Origin: Raillietiella orientalis
Lineage: Eukaryota
Assembly: GCA_036172245.1 (NCBI GenBank)
Contig: JAYWIR010000011.1
Location: 4,278,001 to 4,342,000 of the forward strand
DNA length: 64,000 nucleotides
Reading direction: 5' to 3'
In this document: positions 1 through 13,800 of the stretch, piece after piece
How positions within the stretch are numbered: the stretch's first letter is position 1
Layout of the letters: each line of letters begins with the position of its first letter
Notes under the pieces: generated by a model
Database searches by the model: none
Seen by the model: only the letters and a program-made list of their open reading frames with translations
Told to the model about the DNA's origin: nothing
Program-made: the position numbers and the translations under genes

Positions 1-3000
1 TAGTTGACTGGAAACTTGTTGTATTTTTAATACCCGCTATTCAGATATCAAAAGAGAAATGTTTCAATGAATTGGATCAAAAATGTTTGTGATGAAGAGT
101 TATAATATAGCATATTACAATATTTTTTCTTGTGGTTTTATCTCATAAATAAGAAATAAAGTTAATGAATAAAGGAACACATTATTTACTTTAAGTAAGT
201 CCGGTTCTGCAAAAGAAACCATTCTAAGCATTGCACGAAGGCATGCTTGACGCACTGCTGGTCCTGCAGATGAGCTATAAACTTCATAAAGAACACTGAA
301 CAGACTATGGATACAATTAGACGTTAACTTATAATCTTCCTCAAGATGTGTTCTATTGTAATTTAATCCATGACTTCCTGATGCTGGATTGAAAATATAA
401 GAAACAAAAAACCAAAATTTGTGTATACCACCACTAGAATTAATTTTACGTTCTATAGGACGAGATGTTCCAGTGGATTCGTTAACTTGCTGCATTGACT
501 GAAAATCGATAAAATAAGTTTTTCCCATCGAAGAAAGAGTAATATCCTCCTCTCCTGTGCAGTGAGCAATCTGAGAAAAAAAATTAGACAGGAACAACAA
601 AATTTTGATGACATGTAATAATAATAGACAATAAGTAATGTATGCATAATGACTTAATGCCATATGAAAAATACAGAACATATCACTTGGATAAAAATGT
701 TACTTACTTCTATCACTTGGGAATCAATTGAATTGTATGCATGCCATATACCTCGATTGTCCTTCCATCGCCATTGCACCTGCTCAGTTAGTGCCGGTGA
801 AGAAAACAATACAGAATCAATACTGAAAATGCCTTCAGCAGGTAAGGAAGGCAGCAATTCACCAATCAAGTTAACTATCTCATACAACTCTTGTGATGTG
901 CGTGATGTCAGTTCGATCTTCAAAATTAAAAATGAAGACTATAATTTGACTTTTACTCCTTTGTTTTTTACCTCGTCAGGATTTACTTCGCTGGTTCCAA
1001 TCAACAAATAACTGAGAGTATCGACAATATTTTGTCTTAACATCTGAACAGCCAACTCTGGTGAATTAGCACATATAAGGGAAAGCATATGAATTGCAAC
1101 ATTAAAAGAACTTGAACTTATTAAAGGTGGCGAAATCACAAGCAGCTGTTGCAGGTTTCTCAGGAGACCATAGCTCACAATTTCTTTAAGTTTATCAGGA
1201 TTATTCTGAAAACTTTCCACTAAACGGCTGAAGGCTAAACAGACTGATTCAACACTCTTCCTGTCCTACAAGAACAATTAGATGGATTTTAAATTCCATA
1301 AATATGAAATAAACATTTTTTTTAGGAACATACAGATTTTCATCTACAACTTGCAACCCACTTTTTGAATTAGTCACCGGATGAAACGAGAATTCATTAG
1401 CGACGAATACATGCTCATAAATAATGAATTTTTGTATCATTTGAAACATTTCTTTCAGAATCAAACGCCAAGATTGTTCTGTTACTCATTCCGTTTTAAA
1501 ACAATTAAAACTTTAAGAAAGCGCGCATTTTTATTTAAATCTGAAAATCAACAGCTCCTTCCTTTTTATAGTTTAAAACCTTTTTTGTTACAAAGAATTT
1601 TTGCTGTAACTTTTTCCACCAATTACTCTTTTACTGTACTTTATGCATGAAGTTAATTCTTTAATACCTGATGAGTTAATCTCTGGGATAAAAGGGATAA
1701 AGAGCCAGATACAAATCGAAATTCATCTGAATGCAAATTCTGACAACAATTTGCAGTGATTGCCAATGATGAACGTTGGGCATTTATTGAAAAAAAGTCC
1801 AAATACAGCAAACAAGCTGAAATGCCATCCTGAAAAATTTCCAAACGTATAGAATATTCTTATTTAAAGAAAAAAGTATCAAATATTCGGAAAATGAAAA
1901 ACAAATGCTTACTGCTTGAAGTATTGCTTTGTTGTGCCTCTGAGACAAAATCTCTAAAGCTGTCAACGACTGTTCTGCAACATCCATACACTGAATTATT
2001 TGTAACTTTTCTAAGAACATAGGTACAGCCTCCACAACTATAGCAGAAGATCGAGGAAGAGCTTCCATCATATATGTTAAGGCACGACAGGCATGATTCA
2101 TCTGGAATGAAAAAGGTCTGCATCAAGATTCCATTCTATCAAACCTAATTAACAAAGAATATGTATTGAATATTATAAACATGTAACTAAAGAACATACT
2201 CTACAAACACAATCTACCTAAAGAATTTCTTATGCTGATCATGGACTGTATACAACAAAATGCATCAAACAAAAGTTCAATCAAAGACAACTTTTCGTGA
2301 TATTATTTTGGGTTAAGTATGAATACCAAAATCAAAACGAAAATTTGTGATAAATTTTAAAATAGACCCAAAACAAATCAAGAAAATTAAAAACTGAAAA
2401 ATGTTGCGTTTAGAAAGATTACAAGTCTCAAAAAGGAACAAATAAAAAACTCGCATTCATCTAGTCAAATTCAAATATGTAACACACTATGGAAATTAGA
2501 GCTTACGGTATCAAAAGTCTGATTAGAATTTAACAGTCCAACAAGAGCAGGAACTGCCTGCTTTACTGGAAAACCAGACAGAGTATCTTCATTTCCCATG
2601 ACAAGCAACTGGCACATTTCGATGACAGACTGCAACTGCTGGCATTCATCCACTGCCTGAAGACCCTGAACTAACTGTAAGCCTTTTGAAGCTGAAACCA
2701 AAAAGCAAATAAAATCATTTTGACAGTGACACACTTCTTAATGATTCTTACATGCAGTAGAACCAAGGTTGCGATGCAGAATGTGCTGCATCCTAGGACC
2801 CAAAGTACCAAATAGGTGAGGTGGGAGCCCACGAGCCTCTAACAAAGCTTGCAATTTGCCCATATCATTATCTTCATTTTCACTCTCTCCACTTTGTGAA
2901 CTACCCATGGGAAGAGAGGAACTTACGCCAGATGTTGAGGCTAGTCATTCAAATAGAGAAATTATAGACATTAGTCCTAGACACCTGTGCATGTTAATTG

Positions 3001-6000
3001 TACTAAATCAGAACTAAAATGCTATTTATTATAATATTTTTTCATCTGAAAATGGTAAAAATCTCTTTTTTTTTTTCGTTATAACAGTTTGCTAACCTGA
3101 TATTCATCCTAAACTCGTATTATTTCTAAATGACCTCTATTAATCAGATGCTGTACATTACACATTTCTGAGTTTTCGTGCTTGTTAAATGTAAGCTGAC
3201 TTTCGAATGCAAAAAGATATTTGAACTTTGAATATAACAGAAGCAATTAAATAATTCGAAATCTTTTATTTCTAAATCTACATGTTTTCACTAGATTAGC
3301 ATTTCATGTTTCCTAAAAAATTGCATTTCTACATGGTTGAGACAATTTGCAATTTCACTTTTTCCAGGTTTGTTAAGACAAATGAGTTTTCTGTTAACAA
3401 TCCAGGAAAAGTTAAAAGATAAGTTGCATGGTACACTAAGAAATTACAATCAGTGTCTGTGGTGGTACACTTGGTCGCATGGTACACTAATATCAATAAT
3501 ATTAAACATTCTGTAATGCAACATAGAATTCTCAGAATTTTTGTTTTCCTATTTGAAAAGAGATCTATTGCATGATTTGTTAATGTGCTTACATTATTAT
3601 ATATTACATGGATTAAATGCATTTGCTTCCCATCAGCTGACACTGGGTGTAAGAAAATGGTCAAATCAACAAAAAATACATTCCAAAAAAATACAGGGGA
3701 AAAAAAAATCACATGCTGAAGTGTTAGCAAGAATAATAAATACCATTTTCTTGATTCACTCTTGGGTTATTTGATACTTGTCGCTCAGGCAAAATGTTTA
3801 CAACAGATGATTTGGATGGTCCTTGAGAAATCGCAACATTGTCTGATTTTAATGTTGATGCTGGATTCAATGAATTCTCATCATAAACAGACATTTCCCC
3901 AATTACAAAGTTTTCTTCTCCTTGGGTAGTCTGTCTTCTAGAAATATCAACCCCATGAATGTTATGTTAAGGAAATTAATCAACAAGCTTGTAATACATG
4001 AAACAGAGGATTACTATCAAGGTTTAATCTATTGTTAAGTAAATACCATCATAACACAAAAGACAGTAAGCTAGTAGTTAGGTTAATTGAATATAGTGAA
4101 CTTTCAATTTTATTTGAATTTCAGGCAATCAATACAGAAAAAGGAAGTCACTACAATATTATCACAGTAATAAAAATGCACTAAAATAAAATGAAAACTT
4201 TTAACCCATTTGGAATTGTTAGTTGAACTCGTAGTATGCATATTAAATAAAAGTATTTCAACATATATGCACATCTTCACTTGAATACTTGCAGCCAACA
4301 TCTATGCTTAATTCAGATTTTTTAAAAATCTTCCAAAAGTTTTAAATCATTACAATTAAAGATATGACCTTTGCAATGATGTTTTAGTTAGCAGAGATAC
4401 ACAAGAAACTCAATTTTGAAAATGTGCAACTTCTAAAGTCTGCATTAAAACATTCAGTTTTCATTTTACTATTATACTTTGATTGAAATTTCTTTTTCAA
4501 AAATGCTTCCACATACTTTGACAAGAAGGTATACCCATCAAATACAATAATGAAAAAGTATGAAATCTCCACTACACATCAATGGCTAAAATTCCGTTTC
4601 TTTTAGAAAATGCTTGGAAATCAAATGAGAAACCACGTTTCTATACAGAATGTCTCCATGAGAAGAACGCAGCAATACTAAAGCAACAACTATACACATA
4701 AACAAATTTTTTTTCTTCAAAAAAGACCAGCAATGGAAACAAAATATCTGTCAATAAAAAAATAAAAAACAATGAATGCAAGAATGAAAACCTCATTAAA
4801 TTGCGGAAGTAAAGTGTAACAAATTTTTCACTGGGGGAATCTCGAAAAACATTGATAAGCACTGTAACAGTTTACCTCTGCCTTTAATAACCAGCAATTT
4901 CAATAAACAGGGCACCTCACACTACCATTTTATTGCTTTTATGCGCTTACAGCTCAACTAATGATTGTTGTTACTGATATGCTGTGCAGACATGGAAATT
5001 AGTATAAACTGAAACTGTTTAACACTGCAATACTCACATCATGCAGCAGCATTGCGCTATGATTAACGTAACATAAAATATATGAGATGATCCAAACTAA
5101 AAATACAATAACTACAGACTAAATTGATTGGTCATACTTGTTTACTAATCCATATCTAAATTATCGGTCAAATGGTTTGTTCCTTTCTGCATGTCTTCAA
5201 AACCTTTAGGGTGCACAAACCCAAGATCTTATACCAACTTTTAAAGTGGTCTAATTTCAAACATCGGTGCTTTAATATTTGAAAATTATTATAAAATGTT
5301 AAACCTTTCAAATAAACATTAACTGTGCTCAGGGCACAAAGATGGGTTTAGTTTAAAACTGGAATGAAATAATAATAATAATAATAATCATAATAATAAT
5401 AATAATAATAATAATAGATAAAAAGATCACAAGAATATTTATTTCAAATAATTAAACTTTTAATGATTCAACTGAAACTGGATACTGCATGCTGCTAGCA
5501 ACAAACTCGAAATCATCGTTACTGTTTTCGTTTTCACTGCTCGACTTGTTAGAAATGGAAATTTGGTGTAAACAACAAATGTTCCTAAGCACACAATCGG
5601 CTGCGTTCTAATTTCCTAGTGCATGCTAATTTAAAACACGAAAAATCCTGCACAGGTTCACCCAAAATTTTTGGAAGCCCTTTATTTGATGACTAATCGA
5701 TAAAATTCACGGTTACTTCTTACATATGAAAGATACTGTTATTAATTTGTAAGGGAATGATCTGCACGAAAACAAACCGATACTTTCGAGTCCATTTGGG
5801 TTGAAAACATCTCTAGAAACATCCAAATAAACTAAAACGAAATGGTCCTAGCAATATTACTTTAGTTCACATCACTTCTGTGAGAATCTTCAGGTGCTCC
5901 ACGAACTAACTATACAGCTGTACGTTTGTAATGAAAGTAAACATTAAATTTTCTCGACTTCTGAAACAACAACAGAAACAGAAAAAAAAAAAAAAAAATT

Positions 6001-9000
6001 GAAGCGAAACAAAAAAAAAAAAAAAAAAAAAAACATCCGAGGAAACCTTCGGTAGAAAACAGTAATGTAGTGCAAGTGGGTTAAGGAGCGATGCTGCGTC
6101 TTCCATGTTAATTGTACGTGTAAGTACCGATCTTATCAAGTGTACGCCGGGCTCGGAACACTTTTATCTTTTGGTGAACTTACGATTCTTTGTTTTGCAA
6201 GGCGACTCGCGTAGGAGCGTCGACGTCATCGCTCGAGTGAGGATTTTAACAGATACCGTTATCGAGTGCCAGCAGTATGCACAGCACGGGGAACGGCGGC
6301 CCTTCCCGTATTGGCAGCGTGACCTTTGCGTGCCCAGCGAAGGCTGCAGGAAGAACACCTTACCTCTCTCTCTCACCGCACTCGACGTCCCCGAATCCCC
6401 GAATTCCCCCCCCCCCTTCCCTTTTCGGGGACGGACTTAATAATGATAGTGGAGCAACCACCGAAATTCGAAACCCACCCATATTTATTTAAATACCCTT
6501 GACCGAATGGATTCGGCAGAATCAACGACAGGCTGCTGCTGCTGCTCCTCTGAGGCCAGAGCTTCCGGCCGAACACACCTTTCATGAACACAATTTCCTA
6601 TGCAGCACGGACGGTCGTTATGACGTTCGTCCGCCAGCGGAAACTGACACGGGAACGGAACACGGCCCGTTTGGTGCACGGACATCCAAACAAAAACACC
6701 GCTCGATTCGTGCTTCGCCACCACGAACATCGCAAACTGATGTTTCTGTTAATAATTGCATTTGCACTTATTTTTGGACCTTTCTAAAAATATCTGCACG
6801 ACGATCATCCAAAACAATCTACGACTAATTGCATGCCGTTCGTCTCATTGGTGACCAAAAATGGTGATCAACCCGAAAATTCCCTTCAATCTCGGACGCA
6901 AAAGCTGTTTCCTGAGTAATTTGACACGAAACTGACAGGTATGTCTTCTTCGTGCTTCAAATAAAAAAATGGACCTGCTTTGTATTTCTTTCTAAAATTA
7001 TGATGCTTGTGTGTACTGCAATAAACTCAAGTCGTGATGGTCTGCGAAACGCTTTTGCGAAAAAAAAAAAAAAAAAACATATGAGAAAAAAAAATACATC
7101 CTTTCCAAAACTAGCAATGAATGCACCCATAAATAAATAAAGCACACATACCTATCGCTGGCACAAGAACCCGTTTTGCCCAAATCTAAGCGTTTTTTTT
7201 TCAACGGTAAATTAGGTAGCTTTGAGTCGGTATTTCTTTTGGATGTTGAATTTTCCGCTTCACCTATACACATAGAGATAACATATTAACAAAATCCAGT
7301 TGTTTTTAAAAACTAAAACAGCTGTGACTTACCTGGTAATTCAACAGAGCTGCTACTTTTATTACTTCTTAAATAATACTGTCGTTTGCTGACATTATAC
7401 TTTGCTAAAATTAACATGATATGCAATTAGATTTCAATACACCATGTGTTTAAAAATTGTACAGACAACATGTGAGCTCACAAGCAAATTCAAGCATTTT
7501 CACCATTCAGATACATAAATTAGGAAGTTAAATTATACTGTGTTACATAAGATTTGTATTTGTTCACCAATAGTTCAGTAAATGGAAATGGCGAAAACTA
7601 GGATGCAAGAGTCCCAGCCTATAATCCACCGTCAGTTCATAATTTAGTAATACACATTTTAATGTCATAATTGAGTCAACATAATAAAAATCTAATTTCC
7701 TTAAAGCTTGAATGCTTGAAAGTTTGTATTTTAAAAGTAATCAAGAGGTCTTAAAAGAATGTTTATCATATTAACAGAAAAGAAAATACTGTCAAGGCAA
7801 TGTAATTTTCAAGGCATGAATGTATTTGCATAATGACTTTTACATTTGGCCATCATTTGAAAATAGTTAAAGTACTAAAACTTGTAAGTACTTACACTGC
7901 AAGTTTCATGCATACAGTTTATATATTCAAGATGCTATAATCTAATCTGCAGTAACCATGAATCATGAATTACCTATTCAACTAGCATACTCAAAATGTC
8001 CTTCCCAAAGTAATAAACACAAGCTAAGTACTTCGGCAACAGAAAATATCCTGATATTGCAAACAATGGCCAATCAGTTTGAAATGAATTAGTGCACATC
8101 TACAAAGTTCCATTAGAAAGATCAATGAACAATATAAGCACATATGCTACATGACCACCCCTTTAAACTGACACAACAGGAATCAATTTCACTACCTAAT
8201 TAATGAGCTGAGCAAATTCAATTGTCTCAGACTGCACACATGAACAGAGAAGAACAAGATGATAGGAACATAATCATGAATCTTGTTGTCATCAACAGGC
8301 TCTGTATCTGTATACTGACACTTTGCTGACTTTTCTATTCAACAAGAGAATCTTCTAATTTGGCAAACAGCAGCTCATTAGTTCAGTTCTATTAGACTGT
8401 TTGACGAACTTGTCCGATTTGGCTTTTGTTTCATTTCCGACATGTATACCTAAATGTTTTTCATTATCAAATTATTTATTTTTGCATGTTGAATTAAAAG
8501 AACTCCCACATCATTTTTCACTCCCCAGTTTGCTGATTAAGGTTTTCATTCCGCCTTTTCATTTTAAACTTTTTTCTATCACAAACATTGTCACTCATGA
8601 TAGTGAAACTGCTTTTCTTTCTTTGGTATCTCTGGCTCTTTTGTCTATTCAAACGTATGGTTACTTAGAAATACTGTCAGAAATCTACATAAACATTGCA
8701 TTTTCATACTCCTAATTTATCAAAAGCCTTTATTTTGCTAAACTGGCTTCTTTTGTACAAAAAATGAAATAAAATGTAATAAATATGCCAACCAACTTAA
8801 GTTGTTGTTTATCAAAACTTTCAACCAGATTGGGTATCAAATCAAAATCAGAAAACAAAATTGGCGTAAAATATATCAAAAGCAATTAATTAGATGACCT
8901 GTATTGCTAAACTCTACTGAGTTAAAGGCAAAATAAATACCGAAATATAAAAATAAATAACTAAAATCCATATCCAGCAATTTAAGTTTTTAACCACATT

Positions 9001-10808
9001 CTCCTTTCCAGCATCAGTTACAATGGTTTTCTATCTTTATGACCAAAAGTGGTAAACTCGAGCACTTCTTATTACATACAAAGAGCCTTTGCTGGGATCA
9101 TTTACCAAGCAAGACTAGTTAAGACATGAAGAAATGGAATCATGTAGCTTTTGCTTAAGTAATTCCAAATACTTGGATAGTATTTACGAAGAATTTCGAG
9201 GTAAGATTTTTGCATTAATCACCATTTTCTATATCATTTTCTTTCATTTCAATTTCAGTGATTTTGCTGATCAAGCAACCACTTGAAAATTCTCTTCATT
9301 TAATGCTGCTACATTTACAATTTTCTTCTAAAAGATTCTGTTGGCAATAAACATCAAAATAATACTATAATGTACTTTCTGAAATTAACATATAATATTC
9401 ACATGAAATACTTTCCTTCTAATAAATAAATCACCCAAATGGATCATTTCTTAACACTTCTTATGGACTACAGAATTTTATTTTGAAATTAAGACCAACT
9501 TTATAGGCATTAAAAAAACTACCTTATTCAAGCTTTGTTAGAAATTAATCCTTATTTACTATAATAAAAAAGAGGCATGCTTTTTTTTTGTCAATATTTA
9601 GGACTTTTAGGTTCCTTTTTCCTCAGAAAAAAAAAAAAAAAAAAGTATACCTTTTTCTTCAAAAATGAAACCTGAAACAATCCTACATATCAACTGCAGG
9701 ACTTAGATAGCAAAGCATGCAATACTGAGAACCCAAAAGCCTGTTTAGAATGGAAGTAGTTATACTGCTTACATGCAGCCATGAAAATGCTGTTTCTCTT
9801 TATAGGATCATAACTAACTAATTAAATTTATTAATGCATTTACTTTTATTTCACTATTATAATTTCAAAAAATTCTTTTATGCAGGGAATGCATTTCCCC
9901 ATAATACATACATATACTCGAATATAAATCAAAAGTACAGCATTCTAAACTCAATATTTTTTCTTCAAATCTCAAGGGGATTAAATAAAGCATTCATTAT
10001 TTATGTGAATACCAAAGTAGCAAGTGGAATACCAATTAAAGGTTCAGTATGTTTCAAATTTAGTAAACCAATCACAAAGGTCTTAAAACAAAATTTATAA
10101 GGAACATTTGAAACAGGAAATATTACCTACAATTCCCTAATGCTAATATCTCAGTTACAAAAAACTGATAAAGCACACTACTGAATACAATACTTTACAA
10201 AGCCATGATACAATTTGTAGCAATTTTCTGAGAATGCAAAATGCACTCTCCAGTGAAATGCTCAAACTGAGGTGAGCAGTTGCAATTAAAACTATTTAGA
10301 TGTTGTAACAAATTGAAATATCCGATCTTAGAAGGTAAGAATGAACGAAAAAAAAAAAAAAACAAATTCGGATATCATAAGCAGGAAAGACAGAAACTGC
10401 ACCTGCACTCATGAAAATTTACAAATCCTAGGCTATGAGGATACTGTTCATGAACATGGAAAAATACCAGAAAGACTAATACACCAGTAAAGAAAAACAC
10501 ATAATTAGTACAATTTAACCCAAGAATTTACACATCTTTATCGCAGCACAATAAAAGAAAAGTGAGAAACTTACTTGGAGTGAATAATGATGGACTCTTC
10601 AACTTACTTACATATGAATCAACTTTAAGATTATTTTTCAAACTTTTATCTTGAGATCGTCGCTTTAGATTCTTGCTTCTCAATCTGGAATATTTAAAAA
10701 AATCAAATACACAACCATTTTAAAGAGTAGCCTCTAAATTTACCTTGCTGCTATACCACAGCTAGTAGCACTGGATTCTTCTACATCATTTTTTGATTGA
10801 GATGCCAT
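1..10808 (-). CDS. TRIP12: E3 ubiquitin-protein ligase TRIP12/ctrip (ARM-repeat and WWE region; 3' part including the HECT domain lies beyond the left edge)
   Basis: GT-AG exons join in frame: 10808-10744, 10684-10575, 7404-7333, 7263-7152, 3937-3744, 2940-2752, 2691-2507, 2101-1913, 1829-1668, 1265-972, 917-708, 570-429, 383-190, 36-<1. Family motifs: [68 protein letters not shown] ([13 protein letters not shown]...[12 protein letters not shown]), [14 protein letters not shown]. The poorly conserved N-terminal exons rest on splice sites and phase only. Confidence 0.95.
5367..5416. repeat. (AAT)n microsatellite
   Basis: Near-perfect aataataat run with one interruption in a TRIP12 intron. Confidence 0.9.
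6050..6900 (-). promoter_or_regulatory. Intronic CpG-rich island; candidate internal promoter or alternative first exon of TRIP12
   Basis: Abrupt CpG/GC-rich block within CpG-poor TRIP12 introns, with a consensus minus-strand donor C|GTAAGT (plus-strand ACTTAC 6178-6183). Confidence 0.45.
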
Positions 10809-13800
10809 AGATATTACGAGCTAACTCAATCATTACTCATAATAACTGCATTTTTGTTGCGCCAAATGTTTCGAAGCAATACAACGATAATATAATATAA
10901 TTTGTAATGGCACAGAAAAAATAGCGTTTAATTTATGCAACTTTCATTATGGTGATGATTAATTTTTCACGTCAACATATTCAAATGAACTATGTGATGC
11001 CAAGAAAAATTCTAGTCATTGAAAGAAGACACATATAATCCATATTAGATAATCACACGAAGAATTTTATTTTACAGCCCCATCCAGCATGCATGCAAAA
11101 CAGTTGATGCTATTGCTCAAATCATTAAAATTATTTTATTCAACCAAAGCCACATTTATAGGTTTCACGTCATTTTTTTATCTATTATATTAACACGAAT
11201 AGCATCACGGACAGAGCACTATGCAGTTTAGCAGCAGTTCCTTGCAAACTCTTCAGAATACGGAACATTACTAAATGTAACGAATGCCCTGTACTTTTTT
11301 TCTTTAGGGCAACAAAAACATGCAAAACGCGTGCACATTCATAAATCACGTTCTGCATTCGAACATTCATTCTACGCTGCACTGAACGTTAGTATAACAA
11401 ATAGCATGGAAACTTTGGTAGCTCATGTTCTCAAGTTATTTCGTGCATTAAAGTGCACGGAAAAAAAAAAAAAAGTGACAATATGTTGCCTTTGGAGTTC
11501 CGGGCTCATTCGTGAATTCAGCAAACATTTGCCTTATGGACATTCCAGAATATTCAGCAATTTAAACTTTACTTTGCCTGAACAGTTCAGTAAAACTTTT
11601 GTTAAGAAGTAAGCATATTTTTGGAATTCAGTCTGTCAAGTTTTTCTTTTTTTTTTTTTTCCTCAAGTTATCATTCCTTTTCGAACTACTTTTTGTAGAA
11701 CTAAAATTCGATCTTGGATAATGCAATCGACTGAATTTAGTAAACCCCCTAGATTGCTTTTGTCTGTTCTCGTTAACAAAGAAAACATCCATATACTAGT
11801 CGTATCTAAAGGATGACATATCTGGCAAGACAAAACAGCGGTAGCAACATAATAGCTTTAAAATCAGAAAAAAATTAAGCAAATTATCACTAACGAATAC
11901 GAAACTATACGAATATTCCATTCGATCCTCAGGAATTCTTCATTTCTTTATTATGAAAATAATCAATAATTTCATTTATAGAAGGATGGTAATGATTGTT
12001 TTCAAACATTTAGCATTGAACTTATCAGCATAGATAAATGTATAAAATTCTAAGCTGGTAGATAGTTTAGATACAATATCAAGCATTCTTTACTGAGAAT
12101 TTTGCAGGAAACTAGCAATTCGAAGGATTCTCTAATACAACAGTGGAATGTAAATTTTTCCAGACTCTTTCATACTTTTGTAATACAAGCGATTTTTTTT
12201 CAACATTAAAATAATTTCGAATTCTTTTCTCCTCTATTTATTTTGGAAAAGAACAGACCTAATTGGGAAGTTCAACTGAGTTAACATGATATGTAGAAGT
12301 TCTATAAGATTATTTAAAGGAATGAACGTCATTAAGTGTTTGTTACTTTTTTCATCCTGAAATAGTGGAGATTTTTTTAACAAAAAAGAACGGAAAAAAG
12401 AGAAAAATAAATGGAAGTTTTTTTAAATAATTATATATTGCTACTGCAAAGCTATTGCAAACCCTGTTTGTATCTCTCTCACAGCTTGCATTTTTATATC
12501 TGGATCACTTATCTGCTTTATTCAGTTTCTAAACAAGATTCCGTCTAGAACACCACAATGGTATAGGAAGAAAGTATAATCAAGAGTTCATGACATGCAT
12601 CTTGAAATTTCTATTCTTATAAACTAAAAATACTCTATTCAATTAAAGCAGATGGATTTCCTTGAAGACTATCTTCTGCTTGAATTGATTGTTTTGCGTT
12701 ATATCCTATTTCGTTCTTTTTGGGCTGCATTTGTACAGTACTTAAGTTCCTCTCTCAATTCTATGATTTATTGGAAAGCATTTTTAAAGTTTTTGAGATG
12801 TCCTACGAAATAAATTCGGGCAACTTATGTGAAGCACTCTTCTCGTATACTACCACAAGAGACTACTCTGAAATTGAAATGATTTCTTCAGGGTTTTCAA
12901 GGATCAGAAAATTGTCGCTCCGAATTCTCGTTCACAGAAGTTGTCATGACTGGAGGGGTTCAGCAATGTGATTGAATGTCCTTAAGTTTTTGTTAACTAC
13001 AGAATGTCTTAGGAAAACACTCATGTAGTACTTTTGCGAATTCCACTGTTGCTTAGGAAGATATCTATACTTATTCCTATTAAAATACTGAATACACTTG
13101 GGATTTTGTAATTTCGTTCTTATTACTATAGATAGAAAGCTGCATTTGTTACAAAGCTTGCACATTCCCGTTACAATTAGTCGTGGAGAATAATATCTGC
13201 AAATTAATATTTTAACGCTTGAATATCTTAGCATTCTTATACTCTTCATTTTCACATATGATTCCAAAACTGAGTTTTTTAAAAAAAAATATTTTTGCAT
13301 TTTTTTTCTATTTTGAATATGTTTCTGTAGCATTTATCTTCTAACCATCTTTTTGGGACACTCTGTATTCAAAAACAGTTTTCATAATTAAGAAATGAAG
13401 AGGATATTACCTTTCTGGACCAATGCAGAGAACAAGATTTCATTTGGAAACAAATGTAATAGTGAAAAATGGAAAAAAACATTCTTCGCATTATCCACAA
13501 AGAATTCTTTTTTTAATGTCACTCGACATGAATGATCTAAGAATGCCTTATATTTATTTAATACTGTCCTTTTCACCATCACATTGTTTCTCGTTTTTTG
13601 CAAGTGCTAGTTTTTAATGCTTTCTAATCTTGCCCATAAGTTCTTGCAAAAAAACTTTGTCGAGTTTTAATTTCCCACATTTTTTCGTTGTCATTTTTTC
13701 TGGTCATCTTTCACGATGTTTTTTTTTTAATTTATTGATATAAATTGGAGTTTTATTTCTGGTATAAATTCAGAATGTGTTTTTATTGAGTTTTAAGAGT

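Noticed and set aside
8250..8690. Extra TRIP12 exon
   Set aside because: The candidate acceptors lead to in-frame stops, and exons 10575 and 7404 already join in phase.
13350..13367. Tc1/mariner-like terminal repeat (TTTTGGGACACTCTG|TA)
   Set aside because: No partner TIR or transposase motif was found; a single short match may be chance.
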